Virus record (IMG/VR): IMGVR_UViG_3300029319_000051
Span: 1-58,119 of that record
Origin: a virus
Taxonomy: Duplodnaviria > Caudoviricetes
Length of the DNA: 58,119 bases
Strand: one strand, 5' to 3'
This document shows, in pieces, positions 54,168-58,119 of the stretch (positions are counted from its first letter, which is position 1; each line of letters opens with the position of its first letter). The notes below the pieces were generated by a model. The model ran no database searches. It saw nothing but the letters and a program-made list of their open reading frames with translations, and was not told the DNA's origin. Position numbers and translations under genes: made by a program.

Positions 54168-54935
54168 TTACACCACAAATTCAGCGTAGTGTGTTTTGGT
54201 TGGTCTATTTCCATTGAGGTAGTCCTGGATGTTTTCAAGGGCTTGGTGAAACTTCATTTCGCCTCGGAACAGAGTTTCCTCTGAACACTTCACATCAGCA
54301 GGGTAGTAGGGGTAAGCCTTCTCCTGTACCACCCAATAAAAATCAGATATATCAAATACCTTGGTATACACATAGGCCTGAATGTCGTAGCTCCAGCTGT
54401 TGACATCGTACCTAAACCTTTCGATTGACCTCGAAGACTTGGAGTCTACGATGTAATCTCCCTCCTGCAAGCAATCAAGAAACCCTTTGAGCGGGACGCC
54501 ATCAAGATCCACGTTGAACTCTACCTGGAACTTGCCCCCAGCAAATCTCTTGTCATAGAGACCGCAGTCCTTGAGGCGATGAATCATGTCCTCCGCTTTT
54601 TTGACGTCCTCCTGAGGTGCCAGGAGCTTTTCCGCATTGGCTTCTTGCGCCTTTGCTTTCCACTCTTTATATCGCTTCGTATTTCTAGGATACTTGCCAC
54701 CAATATCAGCAATGATATCAGCATCGTCAAGAATATAGTAAGTGTCTTCAAACTTTTCGGGTTCAAACAACAACAAGTCATACAGGGAGCCGAAGTACAA
54801 GGCATCAGACTCTTTCTTCAGTTGCCCACGCATGTACATCTCCCAGAGACGCATGTCCCCAAGAGCGTACTTGAGAGAGGAGTAGGAGAGGTGGGGCTTA
54901 CCCACCCGCTCCGTCAACTGCTCCCGCATGCTCAT
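54168..54935 (-). CDS. RecE/DUF3799-like PD-(D/E)xK exonuclease
   Basis: LSYSSLK, FGS...LLFEP, KGFLD...IVDSKS and YDIQAYVY. Confidence 0.82.
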   Translation of the reverse strand: MSMREQLTERVGKPHLSYSSLKYALGDMRLWEMYMRGQLKKESDALYFGSLYDLLLFEPEKFEDTYYILDDADIIADIGGKYPRNTKRYKEWKAKAQEANAEKLLAPQEDVKKAEDMIHRLKDCGLYDKRFAGGKFQVEFNVDLDGVPLKGFLDCLQEGDYIVDSKSSRSIERFRYDVNSWSYDIQAYVYTKVFDISDFYWVVQEKAYPYYPADVKCSEETLFRGEMKFHQALENIQDYLNGNRPTKTHYAEFVV

Positions 54936-55486
54936 CGCACAAACTTCTTGAGTCCAGCCACTTGCTTCTCGGTGAGTTGGTCACCATACTTCTTGGTGAT
55001 ACTATCAAATGCTTTCTTCTTGTCTGTCTGAGTTTTGATGTAACCTACTGCTTTGTCCATGATGTTCTCTACTGGTGCATCCAGCTTTTTAGATAGCTTC
55101 TGTACCTGAGGGTTGTCCACGATCGCTTGTTGCTTTGCGATTGCTTCTTCGACTTCATTAGCTGACGCAATAGACGTGTCGATTCCGATTCCGAGCATTG
55201 CCAATGCCCTTCCAACGGCTGACGTTTCGCAGTTTTCGACATAGCTTGTTTTGTTGATGTTGGATGATGACTTGACTTCGTGAGCGTGGCCCTGAGCCAT
55301 GACCTCACCACTTGCGTTTACAATAGTGCATTTGCACAGGCACTGCTCGCCATCGAGCATGTTGATATCAGTGTGGATACCCCACCCGTCATACTTGTTT
55401 TCTTGACGGAAGAATTTGATGCGCTCGTTGACTTCAACATACGCTTTACCACGGATGTTCGTGGTTTTGAACTTGTAGTTCGACAT
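54932..55486 (-). CDS. Rad52/Sak-like ssDNA annealing protein
   Basis: GKAYVEVNERI...ENCETSAVGRALAMLG; paired with the exonuclease. Confidence 0.75.
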   Translation of the reverse strand: MSNYKFKTTNIRGKAYVEVNERIKFFRQENKYDGWGIHTDINMLDGEQCLCKCTIVNASGEVMAQGHAHEVKSSSNINKTSYVENCETSAVGRALAMLGIGIDTSIASANEVEEAIAKQQAIVDNPQVQKLSKKLDAPVENIMDKAVGYIKTQTDKKKAFDSITKKYGDQLTEKQVAGLKKFVR

Positions 55487-55498
55487 GATGATAATGAA

Positions 55499-55690
55499 TT
55501 AAATAAATGTGTGACAAATACAGTCGTTGCAGTAATCAGAATCTAGTGGGTGTCCACACCTAAGGCATCTCTTGTCCTTGTATACCCGCGGGTACTTGAA
55601 CTTCCAGAAGAACCAATCCTCAATCCAGTAGAGGATGTCTTCGTTCCAGATGACCTTTAACTTCCGTGCAAACTTACGTATCCGATTCAT
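55499..55690 (-). CDS. Small Cys-rich hypothetical protein
   Basis: Likely start at MNRIRK; CLRCG...CNDC. Confidence 0.5.
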   Translation of the reverse strand: MNRIRKFARKLKVIWNEDILYWIEDWFFWKFKYPRVYKDKRCLRCGHPLDSDYCNDCICHTFI

Positions 55691-56114
55691 TGATTCCAAG
55701 GGATGTCTCGATTTTTTTCTGAAATGATTGTAGGTTTTTGATTGTTTTCTTGATTGTTCGTAGCTCGTTGTGCAGGTTCCTGTTTCTGCCAATCTTGACT
55801 TGCGGGATGATGGCGAACCTATCTGCCACCTTGTTGGTGAGCTCTATCGCAAGCTGGTATCTAGAGATGTAGCTAGGATATGTATTCACCATGGGCTCGT
55901 GCTCCCTTGTGTAGTGTATGATGGTTGCGTGGTCTTTGCCGAACACGGCACCGATTTTAGCAAACGTGGTGTAGGGCCTGAACGCATTTGAAAGGGCTAC
56001 CCTGTCTTGCACGTAGTGCGAGAGTCTAGACTTGTCGTCAATGGTGTACCCTTGCCTTTGTTCGTATTCATGACGCACCTCGCGCATCATGTCTTCAATT
56101 TGATTGTTCTCCAT
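55674..56114 (-). CDS. DnaA C-terminal-like HTH protein
   Basis: TFAKIGAVFGKDHATIIH matches the DnaA domain IV IG..FG.DH.TV signature. Confidence 0.8.
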   Translation of the reverse strand: MENNQIEDMMREVRHEYEQRQGYTIDDKSRLSHYVQDRVALSNAFRPYTTFAKIGAVFGKDHATIIHYTREHEPMVNTYPSYISRYQLAIELTNKVADRFAIIPQVKIGRNRNLHNELRTIKKTIKNLQSFQKKIETSLGINESDT

Positions 56115-56475
56115 AGTATGCTCTTGCCATTTCCTGTGTGGTGAGATAGATAAGCATTGAGTTCATAACGTCCATAACTCCGTCTTTGAAAGCAACAAGG
56201 CATTCTGGTTCTTTGAGCGCATAGGATTGCCCAATGCCAGCCTGACCAATGATGTCTTCTACACCCTTGATTGTGCTGTAGTCTTGAATGAGTTGGTCTG
56301 CCACTTCTTCGGTGGCTGATATGTACCACTCTACGATAGGGATGGCTGGTAGTTCAACCCAGTTATCAAATCCGTGCTCGTCGATGTCAAGCTTTATCAT
56401 CCCGAGGGCTGTCTCCTCTGCTTTCGTCCCGTCGAGATACTTTTCCATCCACTCCATCACTTGTTCTTGTGTCAT
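56095..56475 (-). CDS. Hypothetical protein
   Basis: 126-aa ORF in the gene chain. Confidence 0.65.
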   Translation of the reverse strand: MTQEQVMEWMEKYLDGTKAEETALGMIKLDIDEHGFDNWVELPAIPIVEWYISATEEVADQLIQDYSTIKGVEDIIGQAGIGQSYALKEPECLVAFKDGVMDVMNSMLIYLTTQEMARAYYGEQSN

Positions 56476-56570
56476 TCTTTTTTTGTAATCTTTTGAGTTC
56501 TCTTTGCATGAGGCGTCGTCGTTGGCGTCTGCTTCCGTACTGACCTCTTTTTATTGCTTCTATAAATTTC

Positions 56571-57005
56571 TTAATTGACTCGTCCATAAAGTGCTCTGCT
56601 GTTTGTGTGCATCTTGACCAGCTCCTTGTCGTCCACATTGGATTGCTTGCTGGTAAACCAGTGCAGGTTTTTCTTGGGGTTGTACTTGTACTTACGCAGG
56701 TTCTTTGTGTCTACCTCCTTGAACGAAGGGTCTTTCTTGTAATGTACGTCCACCATGTCGCACTCTACCCAAGCACACACGGTCTTGTGTTCCCCGTCAT
56801 AAATACGCTTGGCTGTTGTTGGTGAGTTCTTAAGCACGCACTTGGTTAGCTCAAGGGATACGTTAGACGGGGCGTAGTAGTCGGTGTCAGGTCTGCCGTT
56901 GTTGGCGGCAGGGTTGAGCCCGTAGTCCTTTACTTGCCAACACATGTAGTTGGGTCCTTTACCAAGGTGAAATCTCACCTGGAAACGTTTCTTTTTCTTT
57001 CTCAT
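56571..57005 (-). CDS. Conserved phage hypothetical protein
   Basis: VRFHLGKG...KTVCAWV...YNP pattern. Confidence 0.65.
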   Translation of the reverse strand: MRKKKKRFQVRFHLGKGPNYMCWQVKDYGLNPAANNGRPDTDYYAPSNVSLELTKCVLKNSPTTAKRIYDGEHKTVCAWVECDMVDVHYKKDPSFKEVDTKNLRKYKYNPKKNLHWFTSKQSNVDDKELVKMHTNSRALYGRVN

Positions 57006-57150
57006 TTTGAATTTTTAGCTTCATTTTAGCTTCCCAATCCCTGACCATGCAGTCAAGAATCATCTTGTCTTGATGTGATGCAGTCTCTTCGAAATGCTTC
57101 ATGCGGGCCTCGATCTTCGCCCATAGTTCGTCCATGTATTCGTCAGTCAT
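56959..57150 (-). CDS. Small hypothetical protein
   Basis: 63 aa; ATGA overlap with the upstream gene. Confidence 0.55.
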   Translation of the reverse strand: MTDEYMDELWAKIEARMKHFEETASHQDKMILDCMVRDWEAKMKLKIQNEKEKETFPGEISPW

Positions 57151-57539
57151 GAGTATAGGTTGTCAATAATCTCACACATGTCTGAATGCGACATCTTGTT
57201 CTCACGAACCAACTGAGAACACTTTACAATTACGTTCTTAGTCATTGATTCATTTGTGGCCTTGGGCTTTTGCTCTTCTTGTTTCCCGAGAAATAGGTTT
57301 CCCTTCCTGACTCGTGAATTGATTTGAGTTTGCACAACCTTGAAAGAGTTGCCAAGCTTGTTGACTGAAAAGTCTTCCAAGATTTTCTTTTGCTCAGGGT
57401 TTAAGTATCTATATGATACGTATAGCTGACCTTCGCTGTCTCCAGACTGAACGCGATTGATAGATGTTTGATTGAAATTCGACTGAAAAAAGTCTTCGAT
57501 TTCTGAAATGGTTTCTTGTGTGTATTTGGGCTGTGTCAT
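57147..57539 (-). CDS. Hypothetical protein
   Basis: 130 aa with an AT-rich leader. Confidence 0.65.
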   Translation of the reverse strand: MTQPKYTQETISEIEDFFQSNFNQTSINRVQSGDSEGQLYVSYRYLNPEQKKILEDFSVNKLGNSFKVVQTQINSRVRKGNLFLGKQEEQKPKATNESMTKNVIVKCSQLVRENKMSHSDMCEIIDNLYS

Positions 57540-57553
57540 TGTTTTAATTTGTT

Positions 57554-58114
57554 TTAGTCATTCTTCTTTTCTTTTTGGTCGTCCACCCCGTGGATACGGC
57601 ACTCGAACTCTTTGTCTGCACACAGGTTGCTGAGTGCGTCAGTGACGAACCCTTCGTCGTACCGCCCAAGCTTGCCACGCATCCAGTCAAGGTCAAGCTC
57701 GTCGTCGAGGTCAATCTCTTTGGTGAAGCTCACCTCGAAGTTGCTGACGTACTCACTCTCTTCGACCATAATGGTTTGCCCTTCAAGCTCGGTGCATGCG
57801 GCCTCTACCCCGTGTTGTACCCCCTCACGGAAGATGGCGATGGCGACTGCCTTGGGGATGACGGGCATGGTGGGTTTGCCTTCGGCAAGACTTACATTCT
57901 GCTTGCTTAGCTCAGCATTAAACTCTTCGAGCTCTTTGATGGTACCCTGAAGAAGTTCAACCTCACCCTCTGCACGGCCTCGCGCTTCTTCGAGGTCGCG
58001 GTATGCTTGGCATCCGCATGGTCCGCTTGATGCTTCCTTCTGACGCTTCAGTCGGTCGTTCTCTTCGTTGAGGAACTTGATGGTGACTGAATCGCCCTTG
58101 GCGTCGTCACCCAT
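57554..58114 (-). CDS. Coiled-coil acidic hypothetical protein, possibly 5'-truncated by the window edge
   Basis: 186 aa running to the window end. Confidence 0.6.
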   Translation of the reverse strand: MGDDAKGDSVTIKFLNEENDRLKRQKEASSGPCGCQAYRDLEEARGRAEGEVELLQGTIKELEEFNAELSKQNVSLAEGKPTMPVIPKAVAIAIFREGVQHGVEAACTELEGQTIMVEESEYVSNFEVSFTKEIDLDDELDLDWMRGKLGRYDEGFVTDALSNLCADKEFECRIHGVDDQKEKKND

Positions 58115-58119
58115 TCGGT

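Noticed and set aside
1-58119. Stop-codon reassignment as seen in some crAss-like phages
   Set aside because: Large genes are intact in the standard code, TAA, TAG and TGA all end genes, and there is no suppressor tRNA.
1-58119. Prophage or temperate lifestyle; diversity-generating retroelement
   Set aside because: No integrase, repressor pair, flanking host housekeeping genes, reverse transcriptase or template/variable repeat pair recognised.

Overview
The window is most of the genome of a lytic, podovirus-like dsDNA tailed phage whose structural genes resemble those of crAss-related/Cellulophaga-type Bacteroidetes phages. The host is inferred to be a marine Flavobacteriales bacterium, from Bacteroidetes TAnnTTTG promoters, a type IX secretion (T9SS) cargo gene and dockerin-like motifs. 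Layout: (i) 1-3200, minus-strand small early genes with a type I hammerhead ribozyme and repeated hairpins; (ii) 3200-3890, a hairpin-rich divergent control region; (iii) 3895-49361, plus-strand late block (M15 endolysin, tandem GroES, terminase, two tRNAs, portal, fibres, capsid, tail rings, split muzzle protein, ejection proteins including a 2616-aa LPD38 polyvalent protein, holin, and a cell-envelope cassette); (iv) 49358-58119, minus-strand replication/recombination genes. I recognise no DNA polymerase, RNA polymerase or integrase. Top candidates for new biology: the cassette of RNR-tail-like CxxC peptide, T9SS cargo, outer-membrane beta-barrel and exported thioredoxin fold; the hammerhead whose CUGA core is a stop codon; the conserved cGTAg hairpins; and the split muzzle gene with a dockerin-ended acidic extension. 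All family calls come from motif recognition by eye; no searches were run.
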